Position numbers and translations under genes: made by a program
Shown: piece by piece, positions 26,097-40,960 of the stretch
How the letters are laid out: each line of letters begins with the position of its first letter
How positions within the stretch are numbered: position 1 is the first letter of the stretch
Origin: the human T2T-CHM13v2.0 reference genome, Homo sapiens
DNA: 64,000 nt
Assembly: GCF_009914755.1 (NCBI RefSeq)
Contig: NC_060936.1
Direction: 5' to 3' (one strand)
Notes under the pieces: model-generated
Told to the model about the DNA's origin: nothing
Seen by the model: only the letters and a program-made list of their open reading frames with translations
The model's database searches: none

Positions 26097-29000
26097 GAGA
26101 GGGCCAAGATGGCTGACTAGAAGCAGCTAGTGTGTGCCACTCTCATGGACAGAAGAAAAAGTGGCGAATAAATACTGGCTCTTCAACGGGTACATCTAGG
26201 TGGACAAATTGGGATTGTTCAAGGAAACAATTTAACCCATGGAGAACAGAGGAATGAGACAGGATGATTGCTTACCTGGGAATGGCACAGAGACCGGGGA
26301 GGCCTGTCCACTATTGGAAAATGGTGAGTGAGTGAGAGTTTTTAGGGACCCACACTTCTGCCATGCGACTTTGCAACCCTGGACTCAGGAGATCCCCTGT
26401 GAGTTCCCCAGGTGGGGCTTCCAGACTGACCCAGAGAGCTATGTGAATTCTGGGTAGAGACACTGCTCCTGCATCTGTGGAATTCTGAGATCCTTGCATC
26501 CCTGGGCATCATGGCATTAGCAGCTACAGATCCAGCAGTAGGGGAGGTCAGGCTCCCTCTCATGTCTCTAGGAAAGGGGTCAAATCTATGGGGCTAAGCA
26601 GCAATGAACTGCAAGCCTCATGCTCACTGCACCTTACAGGATAAGGACCACTGACCTGGGATCCTAGTGTGACCACATCAGCCCCACCTGGACTCTCAAG
26701 CTGGTAGCAGCTCTGCACTTCCCTGGGACAGAGCTCTTATGGGGAGAGGCAGGCTGCCTCTTTTGCTGCCCTGCAGCCCTTGCCACTTGCTGTCCTCAGG
26801 CTCTGGAGGGTGAGTAGTGATTAGGGACTGGCATGGATTCCCAGCACAGTGCAGCTGCCCCAAGGAAACACAGCCAGACTGTTTCCCACGCAGGTCCCCA
26901 TTCCTGCTTCTGCTCACTGGCTGGGGCCTCTTGACCTGGGACCTCAGGACAACTACCTTGCCCCTGCTGGAACACTTCAGTCAGAGATGGCTCCACATTT
27001 CTCTGAGGAGGAAATCCCAGAGACAACCCATAGCCCCTCCACCATTGCAGCTGCATGATGGTCCCACCCTAACCACCCTCAGGCTGGGGAAGGAGCAAGG
27101 GGCCTGGTTGCTACACTGGCACTTCCAGCATACCACAGCCACCATACAGAGAGGAGTGCAGTCTCTTCCCTGTGAGATTCTATTCCTCATTCTACCAGGC
27201 AGGGATCCTGGCTCAGGACTGCAGAACAGCTGCCCCACTCTTGGCTTAACATACCCACTGGTAGTTGCTTTGTGTTTCCCTGAGTAAAGGCTACCAGAGG
27301 CAAGCAACAGCCCCTCTGCCACTGCCACAGCAGCAGTTCTGACCATGCTGCCATTCATCGGGGGACAAAACAAAGAGCCTGGGGGCTTCATTCACATTTC
27401 TAGGACTTGACAATCACCATACAGAAGAGTTCAGTCTCTCCTCCCTGTGAGTTCTCAATCTCCTGATCCTTAACAAGTGAAGCCCCAGGTCAGGCCAGAG
27501 GCACAGCCACCCAACCCATGGCTGAACATTCTCGTTACCAGTGGCTCCATGTTTCTCTGAGTTGGAGCTGCAGAGTTAACCAAAAGCCCTTCTGCCATGG
27601 CCACTGCACTGGTACTGCCCATGCTGCCCTTGGACTGGGGAAGGAGCAAAGACCCTGAGTGCTTTAAAAACCATACTGCCAGCAAGCTGCAGTGGCCCAA
27701 AGGAGAAGGAACCACTCTATCTCAAACATGACATCCCTGAAGCCCTGCTTATCACCAGGCAGGCCTCCCGTTCCCTGGCTTGGGCCCACAGTACATCTGC
27801 TTCCTCCTAGGCTGATCACAGTGATTGATAACAGCTCTGCATCTTGCTGGGGTGGAGACACAAGAGACAAATAAAAGGCCCTCTACCACAACCACTGCCA
27901 AGGAGTCTTCTTCCTCTGCCTCCAAGCTGGTGGGGAACATAAAGCCTGAGCTCATCCCAGAGCTGCAATGTGTAGCCTGGGAGTGCCAAGCCAGGATCTG
28001 CAGCCAGCAGTGAAGTGGGAGAGGAGCCTACACTTTCAGCACATTGAGAGGGAGCATGGTTGCAATGATGAGAAATACAGAGGAGCCAAGTGGCTAAGCA
28101 AGAGCCTATATACTGGGCAGTATGCTTATGTACCATCTACTGGATCACAGCCCAAACTTCAACACCCAAAATACTTGAATAATATACCCCCCCGTGAAAC
28201 CAAGGACAAGGATTCAGCTACAAATAAAGACTCTGCACTAAGCCCTGGCCCTCTGAAAAACATCCAGAAAGGAAGTCTACTCACTGCATTCAAATGACAA
28301 AGCAGTTAAAGGAACATCAGCCTACAGAGATGAGAAAGAGCCAGTGCAAGAACTCTGGAAACTTAAAAGGCCTGCCTGTCTTTTTTCTTCCAAATGATCA
28401 TCCTAGTTCCCCAGCAAGCATTCTTAATCACACTGAAATGTTTGAAATGACAGAAATGTGATTCAGAATATGGATAAGAATAAAGACCATCGAGATTCAG
28501 GAGAAAGCCAAAACCCAGTGTAAGGAATCTAAGAGATTACAATGAAATGATAGAGGAGCTAATAGACAAAATGGCCATTATAAGGAAAAAAACAAAATGA
28601 TCTGATAGAGCTGAAAAACACTAAAAGAATTTTCTAATGCAATCACAAGTATTAACACCAGAATAGACCAAGGTGAGAAAAGAATCTCAGAGCTCGAACT
28701 GAGCTCTCTGAACTGACTCAGTCAAACAAAAAGAAAGAAAAAAGCATAAAGAAGAATGAGAAAAAACTTTAAGAAATATGGGATTCTGTAAAGAGACCAA
28801 ATTTATAACTCACTGGCAACCCTGAAAGAGAAAGGGAGAAAGCAAGTAACTTGGAAAACGTATTTCAGGATATTGTCAAGGAAAAGTTCTCAAACCTCAC
28901 TAGAGAGGCCAACATTCAAATTCAGGAAATGCAGAGAACCCCTGTGAGGTACTACACAAGATCTGTTTCTTGGCCACCTCCAATATAGGCCCCCAATCTC

Positions 29001-32000
29001 TTCTAGCTTGTAGAGTTTCTGCTGAAAGGTTTGTTGTTAGCCTGACTTGGTTCCCTTTGTAGATGATCGGGGGCCTATATTCAGTATTCTTAAAGACAGA
29101 AATTTCCAATCAAGAATTTCATATCCAGCCAAACTAGGCTTCATAAGTGAAAGAGAAATAAGATCTTTTTCAGACATGCAAATACTGAGGGAATTCATTA
29201 CCACCAGAACTATCTCCTGAAAAAGCACTAAATATGAAAAGGAAATACTGTTACCAATCACTACAAAAATGCACTTAAATACACAGACCATTGACACTAC
29301 AAAATAACCACACAAACAAGTCTGTATAATAATCAGCTAACAAGACAATGACAGAATCAAATCCTCACATATCAATATTAACCTTGAACGTAAATGGGTT
29401 AAATGCCTCAAGTAAAAGGCAGAGCGTGGCAAGCTTGGTAAAGAATCAAGACCCAATGGTATGCTCTCTTCAAGAGACTCATCTCGCATGCAGTGACACC
29501 CATAGGCTCAAAATAAAGAGATAGAGAAAGATCTACGGAGTAAATGTAAAACTGAAAAAAGCAGGGATTATAACCCTAATTTCAGACACAACAGAGTTTA
29601 AACCAACAAAAATCCAAAAAGACAAAGAAGGGCATCACGTAATGGTAAACGGTTCAATTCAACAAGAAAAGCTAACTATCTTAAATATATACGCACCCAA
29701 CAGAGGAGCACCCAGATATATAAAGAAAGCTCTTAGAGACCTATAAAGAAACTTAGATTTCAACACTATAATAATGGGAGACTTCAATACCTGAGTGACA
29801 ATATTAGAGAGATCATTGAGATGGAAAATTAACAAAGATGTTCAAGACCTGAACTCAACACCAGACTAAATAAGCCTAACAGACATCTACAGAGCTCTCC
29901 ACCCCAAAATAACAGAATATACATTCTTCTCATCATCACATGGCACATACTCTAAAAGTGGCCACACAATCAGACATAAAACAATCCTCAGCAATTTAAA
30001 ACAAGATAAAACAAAACACTGAAACCATACTAAGCACACTTTCAGACCACACTGCAATAAAAACACAAATTAATATTAAGAAAATCACTCAAAGTCATAC
30101 AATTTCATGGAAATTAAACAACTTCCTTCTGAATAACTTTCAGGTAGATAATGAAATAAAAGCAGAAATCAAGAAAACATTTGAAACTAATGAGAACAAA
30201 GATACAACTTACCAGAATCTCTGGGACACAGATAAGGCGATGTTAAGAGGGAAGATTATAGCACTGAATGCCCACATGAAAAAAGTTAGGAAGATCTCAA
30301 ATTAACAATATTACATTACGCCTAGAGGAACTACAGAAACAAGTGCAAGCCAATCCAAAGCTAGCGGAAGACAAGAAATAACCAAAATCAAAGCCAAACT
30401 GAAGGAAACTGAGATGAGAAAAACCAAACAAAAGATAAAAAATTCCAGGAGTTTGTTCTTTGAAAAAGTTAACAACATGGACTGTTAACTAGAATAATAT
30501 GAAAGAAAGAGAAAAGATTCAAATAAACATAATCAGAACTGACAAAGGGGACATTACTACTGACCCCACAGAAATACGAAGAAATAATCAGTGACTACTA
30601 TGGACATATATCTGCACACAAACTAGAAAACCTAGAAGAAATGAATAAATTCCTGGATACATACTACCTCCCTAGACTGAACCAGAAACCAGGAAGAAAC
30701 TGAATCTCTGAACAGACCAACAATGAATTCCAAAATTGAACAAGTTTTACAACACCTACCAATCAAAAAAGTCCAGGACCAGACAGATTCACAGTCAAAT
30801 TCTGCCAGATGTATGAAGAAGAGCAGGTAATATTGCTACTGAAACTTTTTATTGCGAACTTTTTTATTCTAAAAAATTGAGGAGGAACTCTTTTCTAACT
30901 CATTCTATGAGGCCAGCATTATCCTGTGAGAGACACAACAAAAAAATAAAACTTCAGGCCAATATCCTTGATGAACATAGACGCAAAAATTCTCAACAAA
31001 ATACTAGCAAACCAAATAAATACACACATCAAAAATCTAATTCACCAAGATCAAGTAGGCTTTATCCCTGGGATGCAAGGTTAGTTCAACATATGCAAAT
31101 CAATGAAAGTGATTCATCACATAAAGACAGCTAAAAACAAAAACTGCATGATTATTTCAACAGATGTAGAAAAGGCTATCAATAAAATATAACATCACTT
31201 CATGTTAAAAACCTTGAACAAACTAGGCACTGAAGGAACATGATTCAAAATAATAAGAGCTATCTATGTTAAGCCCACCGCTAACATCATAATGAATGAG
31301 CAAAAGCTGGAAGCATTCGCCTTATAAACTGGAACAAGACAGGGATGCCCACTCTAACTGGATATCCTGGCCAGGGCACTCAGGCAAGAGAAAGAAATGA
31401 AGGTATTTAAATATGAAGAGAGGAAGTTAAACTATTCTTTCTTACAGATGATATGAGTCTGTAATAGAAAACCCCATAATCTCTGCTGAGGAACTCTGTG
31501 ATCTGACAAACAACTTTAGCACAGTTTCAGGATATGAAATCTATGTACAAAATTCAGTATCATGCCTATTCACCAACAACATCCAAGCTAAGAGCCAATT
31601 TAGGAACACAGTCTCATTCAAAATAGCCACAGAAAGAATAAAATACCTAGGAATACAGGTAACCGAGGAAGTGAATGATCTGTACAAAGAGAGGTGAAGA
31701 ACACATTTGAAAGAAATCAGAGATAATACAAACAAATGGAAAAACATTCCATCCTCATGAATAGAAAGAATCAATATTGTTAAAATGGCCATACTGCCTA
31801 AAGAAATTTATAGATTCAATGCTTTTCCTATCAAACTACCAATGACATTCTTCACAGAATTAGAAAAACCTCTTTTAAAACTCATATGGAACAAAAAAAG
31901 AGCCCAAATACCCAGAGCAATCCTAAGACAAAAGAACAAAGCTTGAGGCATCACATTACCTGACTTCAAACTACATTACATTGCTACAGTAATCAAACAG

Positions 32001-33430
32001 CATGGTACTGGCACAACATCAGAACAACAACACAGACCAATGGAACAGAATAGAGACCCCAGACATAATGCTGCACATCTATAACCATCTGATCTTTGAC
32101 AAAGTTGACAAAAACATGCAATGGGGAAAGGACTCTCTATTCAATAAACGCTGCTGCAATAACTGGCTAGCCATATGCAGAAGATTGAAACTGGACCCTT
32201 CCTTATACAATATACAAAAATTAATTCAAGATGGATTAAATACTTAAATGTGGAACCTAAAACTATAAAAACCCTGGAATATACTCTAGGAAATACCATT
32301 CTGGACATAGGGCCTGGCAAAGATTTCATGACAAAACACCAAAAGCAATTGTAACAAAAACAAAAATTGACAAATGGGACCTAATTAAACTAAGAGCTCC
32401 TGTGCAGCAAAAGAAACTATTGAGTAAACAGACAACCTACAGAATGGAAGAAAATATTGGCAAACTATGCATCTGGCAAAGGTCTACTATCCAGAATGTA
32501 AAAGAAACTTAAACAAATTAATAAGCAAAAAGCAAACCACCCCATTAAAAAGTGAGCAAAGGACATGAACAGACACTTTTCAAAAGAAGACATACACATG
32601 GCCAACAAGCATATGAAAAAAATGCTCAACATTACTAATCATTAGAGAAGTGCAAATTAAAACAATGACATACCATCTCACACCAGAATGGCTATCATTA
32701 AAAAGTAAAAAAATAACAGATGCCACCAAGGTTGTGGAGAATCTGCTGGTGGGAATGTAAATTAGTTCAGCCATTATGGAGAGCAATGTGGCAATTCCTC
32801 AAATAACTTAAAACACAATTACCAATCAACCCAAAAATCTCATCATTGGGTAAATACAGAAATAAATAGAAATCATTCTACCATAAAGTCACATGCACAC
32901 ATATTCAGAATATTGATTGAACAATATTAAACAATATTCAGAATATGTGTGCATGTGACTTTATGGTAGAATGATTTCTATTTTGCACAATTCACAATAT
33001 CAAACACTTGGAATCAACCTAAATGCCCATCAATGGTAGACTGGAGAAAGAAAATATGGTACATATACACCATGGAATGTTATGCAACCATAAAGAAGAA
33101 TGAGATCATGTTGTTTGCAGCAACATTGGTAGAGCTGGAGGCCATTATCCTAAGTAAACTAATGCAGGAGCAGAAAACATACCACATGTTCTCACCTATA
33201 AGTGGGAGCTGAACAATGAGAACACATGGACACAGAGGGGAACAACCGACAAGGGGCCCACTTGAGGGTGGATCGTGGGAGGAGGGAGAGGAGAAAGACA
33301 TATTGAATACTATGCTTATTCCCTTGGTGACATAATAATCCATATTACAAACTCCCATGACACACAGTTTATCTAACAAACTTGCACATATACCCCTGAA
33401 CAAAAAATAAAATTTAAAAATAAAAAAGGA
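26097..33430 (+). mobile_element. Full-length old L1 (L1PA13-16-like): about 2.2-kb 5'UTR, ORF1 relic from about 28310, ORF2 relic about 29348-33190; heavily disabled
   Basis: 5' gggccaagatggctgactagaagcagc; ORF2 start atgacagaatcaaatcctcacatatcaatattaaccttg; 3'UTR and A-rich tail; gaaaatt repeated at both flanks. Confidence 0.92.
32864..32983. repeat. Perfect 43-bp inverted repeat (fold-back) within L1 ORF2 relic
   Basis: 32864-32906 is the exact reverse complement of 32941-32983. Confidence 0.95.
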
Positions 33431-33841
33431 AAATTACAGATAGGTCAGATTGACAGTTGTTGCAGATTTCTTGAACTATTGTTTACATCCATCATTACAT
33501 TATACTTATTGGACACTCAGCTCTTGTTATTTAATGTATCAATAAATAAACCTACAATTAGTAACTGTATCTCAAAATTGTATCAATAAAGAAACATACA
33601 TTTGGCCGGGCGTGGTGGCTCACGCCTGTAATCCCAGCACTTTGGGAAGCCGAGGCGGGCGGATCACGAGGTCTGGATATCGAGACCAAGGAAGGTTGTT
33701 TTCTTATTCGTAACAGCAGTAAGAGGAAAAGAATTCTGTTTGATGTAAAGATTGGGTAATATCTATCATGCAGTCATTTTTGTTTGCTACAAAGACAAAG
33801 TTTTTAACCAAATGATCTAAAGGAAAAAAAAGTATATTTAC

Positions 33842-33877
33842 CTTGCTGGCACTTAATCGCTTCCGATTTGACCAACG
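33842..33877 (-). pseudogene. MCTP2: Orphan 36-nt coding exon copy, [12 protein letters not shown] (MCTP2 C2A-C2B linker)
   Basis: tctttag|CGTTGGTCAAATCGGAAGCGATTAAGTGCCAGCAAG|gtaaat; peptide matches my recollection of MCTP2 ...[24 protein letters not shown]...; no neighbouring MCTP2 exons seen in the window. Confidence 0.8.
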
Positions 33878-35931
33878 CTAAAGATTTGTGTCCGCGGAAT
33901 GGTGAAAATGGCAAAATAAAACAGAGGAAGATAGAATCATTATCAATGTAATTATATTATGTTAGATGGTCCAGGTTACATTCAGATAATTAATATCCAA
34001 GTTCTGAGGTTATAGAGAAAGCATATTTGAGCAAGAAAATAGAAACAACAACAAAGAGTCACATGTATGTGGTTGTGTTACATCATTTTCTCTAAGTATT
34101 CAGTATGAAAAAGCCATGACATAAAAATACTGTTCAATCTTTAGAAGTACATTTTTAAAAATTATCTTAAAACACCATATTATTCTCTCTAAAAAAGCAG
34201 AAAGGTTTCTTCTGCTTGAAATACTCAGATATTATAAAAATGTTTAAGAAATTCATGACCACTGATAGTTGATGTTTAGGTTTCCATAGTTTTAGATGCT
34301 AGAAAAAAATAATTCCATTTACTTCAAGTAAATCTCAGTATTCAAAACACTAGACAAAATATGAATAATTATTGCATAATTAAGCAAATGTGCTAATGCA
34401 GTATCTAAGGAAAAGGAAAAAAATTTCTAAATAGCAAGAAACTTCACCACTGTTCTCTTCTGATCTCTCCTCTGTCATGCTAAGGCTGCTGAATTTGGTC
34501 TACAAATTCTCTCCAAGCAAAACCCTCTCATCACTCCTGTCACCATTCAGTACTGCAAAGCTCTACTGTGGCTGGTTAACAAGCTAACTGGTTGTTACAA
34601 CTTGGATAAATTTGGGAGGTTACAACTCAATTATAAACCTAATTGAGCAGACCACATTTACTATTTTTCTTAAGAAAAAAATACCTTTAGGTAAATGACC
34701 AATCCACTTTGCCAATATGTCTTCCCAATACATTAGAAACCAGAAAATTAATAATCTTCAGGGGAAATCCACTTACATTGCATTGACCAGCAACTAGAAA
34801 TGTTGGTACAGAAATGACTGAAAAATATTCTTCATTAATTACATGTCCCCCAGTGATATTGGGAGTTCAACATTCAGCCTATGACAGAGTTATAGGTACT
34901 ATTACCTGGATATTAATATCAGGGTTTTGTTTTTTTTTTTGTATTTTCCTGAAATAGTGACAGATATTTTCACCCAAACCAACCACCAAAATTAATTACC
35001 ATCTTTTAGGTACACAGGGCTATTTAGGCCTTTTGACACATAGGAACGCATTTGATATTTTTTAACAATTACACAAGATAAAGCATGTAAATAAATTAAT
35101 GGAAAATGACTATTACTATTCACTTCCTACAATGCTACCAACTACCATATATTGAGTGTCTCTACCCAATTCCAAGCACCATATTTGATAATTTCAATCT
35201 TCACAACCCTATAAAACAGACACTCTTTTTATCCTTGTTTCACATATGAGGAAATTATAGCTTAGAGAGGTTAAATAATTCTTTGAGTTAACCAGACCAC
35301 TGGTGGATCTAGGATTCAGACCCAGGCAGTCTGAGAACAGAGCTCCTAATTTTAGCTACTATTTTTTTCCTGTTTTTTGCCACAAAAAAAGAACACAGAG
35401 TATGTTTGTCAGCCTTGCAGCCAGTGTCTTCCCTTCTGCCTGCACCATTCTCATATACATTTAAGTCCCTGGACACAAGAGTAAATTCATAAACATTTTG
35501 TACATACTGAGATTTTTGTCAGCTTGGTTCTAAAGCAACAAAGGCTACCTCAAAGATGACTGGAAGAAAAAGGGGTAAAAAACTGAGAATTTAAACTGAA
35601 ATCTCTCCATCAGAGTTTAAATTAAAATGGAAATTTATAAACAAATTATCTCACTCAAATAATCTACTGATTTCCAGTCCCAAGTGCTAGTTATTCCCAC
35701 TTAAAATCCCAATATAAAAATCTCTTTAAATATTAACTCAAACTCAATGAAAAGAACAAAGATTCTGATAATCTATTTTACCCCAAGGCTCCCAATATGC
35801 ACTGTTAGCTGAATAACCACACATGGCCCAGAATAAATTATTCCTCAATTAATTTTCTTTGATCAAATATATAAATGGAAAAAAACTACCAATCAGAAGA
35901 GATAAGAGTAGGCAGTTGTCTATATTTCCAT

Positions 35932-35954
35932 TATATATATATATATATATATAT
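35932..35954. repeat. (TA)n tract at the insert junction
   Basis: Direct reading. Confidence 0.9.
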
Positions 35955-35959
35955 TTTCA

Positions 35960-36241
<282 letters not shown>

Positions 36242-36895
36242 TTATCTTAGACAAGTGAAACTTGGCCTCTCTGTGCTGTTGTTCTCTCATTTGGAAAAAT
36301 GATGAAGATAAGCAAGATATTTACCAATATGACTTAACAAATGGCAGTGACTGTTGTCAGTGGTCAAAAGTATTCACGGTATCTTGTAACTTTATCATGA
36401 CCTAGCTCTGCTATAGATTATCTGTTTTATAACATTTTATATTCTTGAAATATCATGTGAGTTTTAATGCTATTAGTCATTAGTATTTGTTTCTATAACA
36501 CTCTACAGATTTCTTTATTTTACAGTTCTCTTGATTAAACAATGTGTTTGTAAGTATTTCTGGAGAAACATTGTTTACATGAGACCAGGAAAAAAACACT
36601 AAAATTTAAGTTTCTGAACTGACAATTTGGCTAGCCTTTCTGAAAGACATACTTGCAGAAAAGATATATATATGTGCCCTCCTTAGTCAAGCATATTATT
36701 TGCAAAATAACTGAGTAATATACTGTTATATTAATGGAAAATGTCAGCAAGAAAGTCCTTTACCTGAAATTTATGACTCCAAAGTTTTTACACATATATG
36801 AAGTTTAAAATAAACATATTTTCGGTTACTATTTAGGCACAAATAAATCCAGGAAAAGCTTTGACTAGCTAGAGGTTGCCTAAACAGAAAGTTAA

Positions 36896-36896
<1 letters not shown>

Positions 36897-36927
<31 letters not shown>
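36897..36927. repeat. (ATT)n microsatellite
   Basis: Direct reading. Confidence 0.9.
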
Positions 36928-36929
<2 letters not shown>

Positions 36930-38725
36930 TACTGATTTGAGCAAGTTAGAAACACCTAGAATGTCCTTTGTGAATTATTTGGCCAGCATGTTCGTGGTTC
37001 ACCACCATAAAAATTAGGTGTACATACTAGGGAAGTGGAAGGCAGTTTTAGCCTCCCCAAAACATATTCTCCAATAGTTTACTCAAAAGACAATCCAAGA
37101 AAATATTTCATCTAAACAAATCAGTATACTTGCCATGAAAGTGCAGTTTCAAAACATCTCCAGTCTATTCTATCTTCCCTTTTCCCCTTTCCAACCAATT
37201 TCTACCTCTAAACCACAATTATAAGAAAATCTGGGACCCTAGTATTGATTGCAAGATTTTAATTCAATGTCAAAGATTATAAGATTTTAATTTAATGGCA
37301 AATAACCTTATCAGTTCATAGAATAAACAGGTACATATGAACTTGACAGCACTCACTAAGATACCATTTTTTTGCACAGTGAAAAGGGGCGGTGGGAACA
37401 AATAGGAACTACAAAAGAGTTAGGTATGTGTATGTCAAAAAACACAACTAATAAACTTATTGATATACTTGTGTGTATGTGTTTACTTATTGTTAATTAG
37501 GAACACCTTATACTTACCTATTAATATTGCAAGTGTTTCAAAATCCTTCTTCAATATATATGGAGATATATTTCTACAAGGATATTTTTATTTTCATAAC
37601 TCACAGTCATACATTCACTGTTTTGTTTATATTAGTGTACAGGCTATAATTATAATTGCAAGAGATATAGATAATGTCAATAGCCCTTGGAAAACCAGTC
37701 ACTTAAATCTCTATTAAGAAATATTCTATTACGATTTTATAGATTTCAAAATACAGAAATGTCCCTGTAAGCTATGATAGTGTCTCTGTGGAAATCAGTA
37801 GTCATAGTGAGAAATTAACCTGTCTGTTGAGAAGCTTCTGAAAAAACCATTCCTCTGAATGAAATTTCTCTGAACTTAAAACATCCCTCCTATAATCTAC
37901 TCACATCTGAATATTAATATTTTGTTCTCTGAAGAGGATGTAAAATTTTTTGTGATTATTATTTTTGCCTCTTTTCAATCAGTTAACAAATATTTGTTCC
38001 TTTGCTAATGGCGTGCAAAGCATTTGGTTGGGTGCTTAGGGATTGCAAAGTAGCAAGATGCTGGAGTTCGGCAAAATTATAATTCAGTTGGAATGCCAAG
38101 GTGCCTCTAACCTTAGAAGAAAAATAATAGTAAAAAGCAATGGTGCTTCATGACCTACGATTAATTACCCTATCTTTAGTGGAAGTTCAAGTTGCACTGA
38201 GTACTGAGGAGGATAAGTTTCTCTTGTTGGAGATATTGGGCAGCACTCTCGGATATAACATAATTTGTAGGGATTTTGAAGACTGGGAAGAATGCTTCAC
38301 TATGTTAGATGTAAGCCACTAGCTCTGTAGCAGTTGGCATTGACAAGGGACTTATTGAGTGTATGCATTTATCCTCCAGGAAAATGGAAATGTAGTATTT
38401 GAATTTCGTAGATCTTAACTGTGGTAATAATAATAACATTAATTAATATTAGTAGTTAATAAAATTAGTAATATCAAGAAAAATAATAAACTACTCTTGG
38501 AAGATTTACTATGTGCCGGACACCATAATAAACAGTGTATATAGGATCTAAATTGAGCCACCCATTATCTAAATATGGGGGGAAGCATAATGACTAAAGC
38601 AATAAGGCTAAAAAATAAACTTTGAAGTCAAACAGACTTGTTTTACTCATAACTCTTCCATTTACTGCCTGTGTAACCTTGGTAAAGTTACCCAACCCTT
38701 GAAATTTTTGTTTCCTCACTTCTAA

Positions 38726-39091
<366 letters not shown>

Positions 39092-39351
39092 ATGACATTA
39101 ATGATTTTAAGTAAGATAATTAATGTAAAAGTAATTAATCCAGTGCCAAACCCAGATTACTTACTTAAAACTAGCTATTGATATTTTTAATAACTATATG
39201 AAGTGAGGATTATTGTTTCCTTAGTATAGATGGGGAGACTAGGAGAGACTACCCATGTAACTAGTAAGCATAGAGCTGGAATTTGAACTGCAGTGTATCT
39301 GACTTTAGAGAGTTTGTTCTCTCAATGATTACATTATTATGTTTTTGTTTT

Positions 39352-40960
39352 TCTTCATTCATTTAATAAACAATTTTTGGTACTGATTAAGTGCCATGTC
39401 GATGGCCTTCAGCTAGAAATGCAATGGTGAGAAAATATAAACTCTCCCTGTTCTAAAGGAGACTACAAATGAAAGGTGTAGGCATTAATAGATATTTAAT
39501 TAAAAACTGAGGGTACTCAGAAGGAAGAAAATATGATTCCCTGAGAAGATAAAATAAACCAAGTTCACTAGGATTGTGAAGTTAAAAAATATTTCCGTGA
39601 CAAAAGGAAGATCTAAAAGGATTGTGAGATTAAAAAATATTTATCTGAGAAAAGAAGATCTGAAAGATAAGACTAAAAAGATGGCAAGGGTCAGATAATA
39701 CAGGACCTTGTAGGCAAAAATAAGGATCTTGGGATTTTTCCTAAGGACAATCTAAAGTTATTGAATTTTAAGCAGAAAGTGACCTGATCAGATTTATTAC
39801 TGGAAAAACCATTGCCTAGTTTGAAGAATAGTGGGAGGCATCTAATATGGATGAAGGCAAAGCAGTTAGTAGGTTAACTAATAATTATAATAATATTAAT
39901 TTATATTTTTAATACATTATAAATATTACCCAGGAAGTAGATGAGAGTAGCTTGGATAAGGACTGGTTTCAGATGAGATGGTAATAAGAATAGAAGTTTA
40001 AAATATATTTGGGTGATTAACTTAAATAATTTAATGATTAAATAATTATGAAAGAATGAGAGGTAATAATAATGACTCCTAGGCTTCTGGTTCATGCATC
40101 TGCAGGACGTGTGGCACCTAAAGTGTGAAAGAGTATCAAAGTTTAGAAGGAAGATAATATGCTGAACCTTGGATATGAGGAGTTTGAAATGCTTTTGGCA
40201 TCCAGGTAAGTTGAGCAGGCAGTTAGATGTGTAGTCCAGAGAAGAGACTTCAGCTGGAGCCACAAAGATGGAAGTCACCAGCATCTAGATGGTATTTAAG
40301 GGCATGGGTCTGATTGCTTAGAGAGAGAGAATCAGAGAGAAGAGAAGACATCCAGCCATGAAAAATTGCACCATTAAATAACCACATCTAGGAGAATGGA
40401 CATAAGCAAGAGATTGAAAAGAGAACAAAGATACAGTTGGGAAACAAAGAGTGGGTTATGTCACAGAAACCCAGAAAAGAGAAGGATGATATCGGGGACA
40501 CTAGACATTATGGACTGGGCAATATTGTCAGGTGCTGTGGAAACTTTAATAAGACAAGAAGAGAATAATATTCATAAATTTTTTGGCATGAAGGTCAGTG
40601 GTGTGGTGACATCAGGGGAAATTTTCACTGTAGACAAGAGTGAAAGCCATTTTGGAACACATTGAGGAGTGACTGGAGCTGAAGAAACAGAGATAGCAAT
40701 TATGAACAATTATTTCTTAAAGTTAGACGTAAAGAAGAGTGTGGAGATAAGCTGGAGGCAACTTTGGAGTTTAAGGATGACTTTGTGTAATTTTATGTTA
40801 CAGAGATGGATCCAGGCAATAGGAACTGGCACACAAATAGGAATTAAAGACAATAATTAATTGCATAAGGATCATCAGAATGCAAAAGTGAAGAGGTCCC
40901 AAAGCAGATTATTAAAGGACTATGCTTAGAAGGGAGAAACCATCTCTTCTAACTCAAGAG
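39352..40960 (-). mobile_element. L2 element fragment
   Basis: ttcattcatttaataaac start; purine-rich antisense L2 text (gagtttgaaatgc..ggcatccaggt..agttgagcaggcagttagat). Confidence 0.75.

Larger units (their letters stand above)
33692..35958 (-). other. 2267-bp inserted genomic segment (dispersed duplication of an MCTP2 intron/exon fragment)
   Basis: Mostly unique sequence plus an old MIR (about 35140-35360) lying inside a young Alu; accaagg repeated at both junctions. Confidence 0.8.

Noticed and set aside
26311-28297. Dense overlapping ORFs in a GC-richer stretch
   Set aside because: This is the long 5'UTR of the old L1PA element; the ORFs reflect GC content and internal repeats.
33692-35958. 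Window being the native MCTP2 locus, or the insert being a processed pseudogene
   Set aside because: No other MCTP2 exons seen, intron sequence is retained, there is no poly(A), and the segment sits inside a TSD-flanked Alu.
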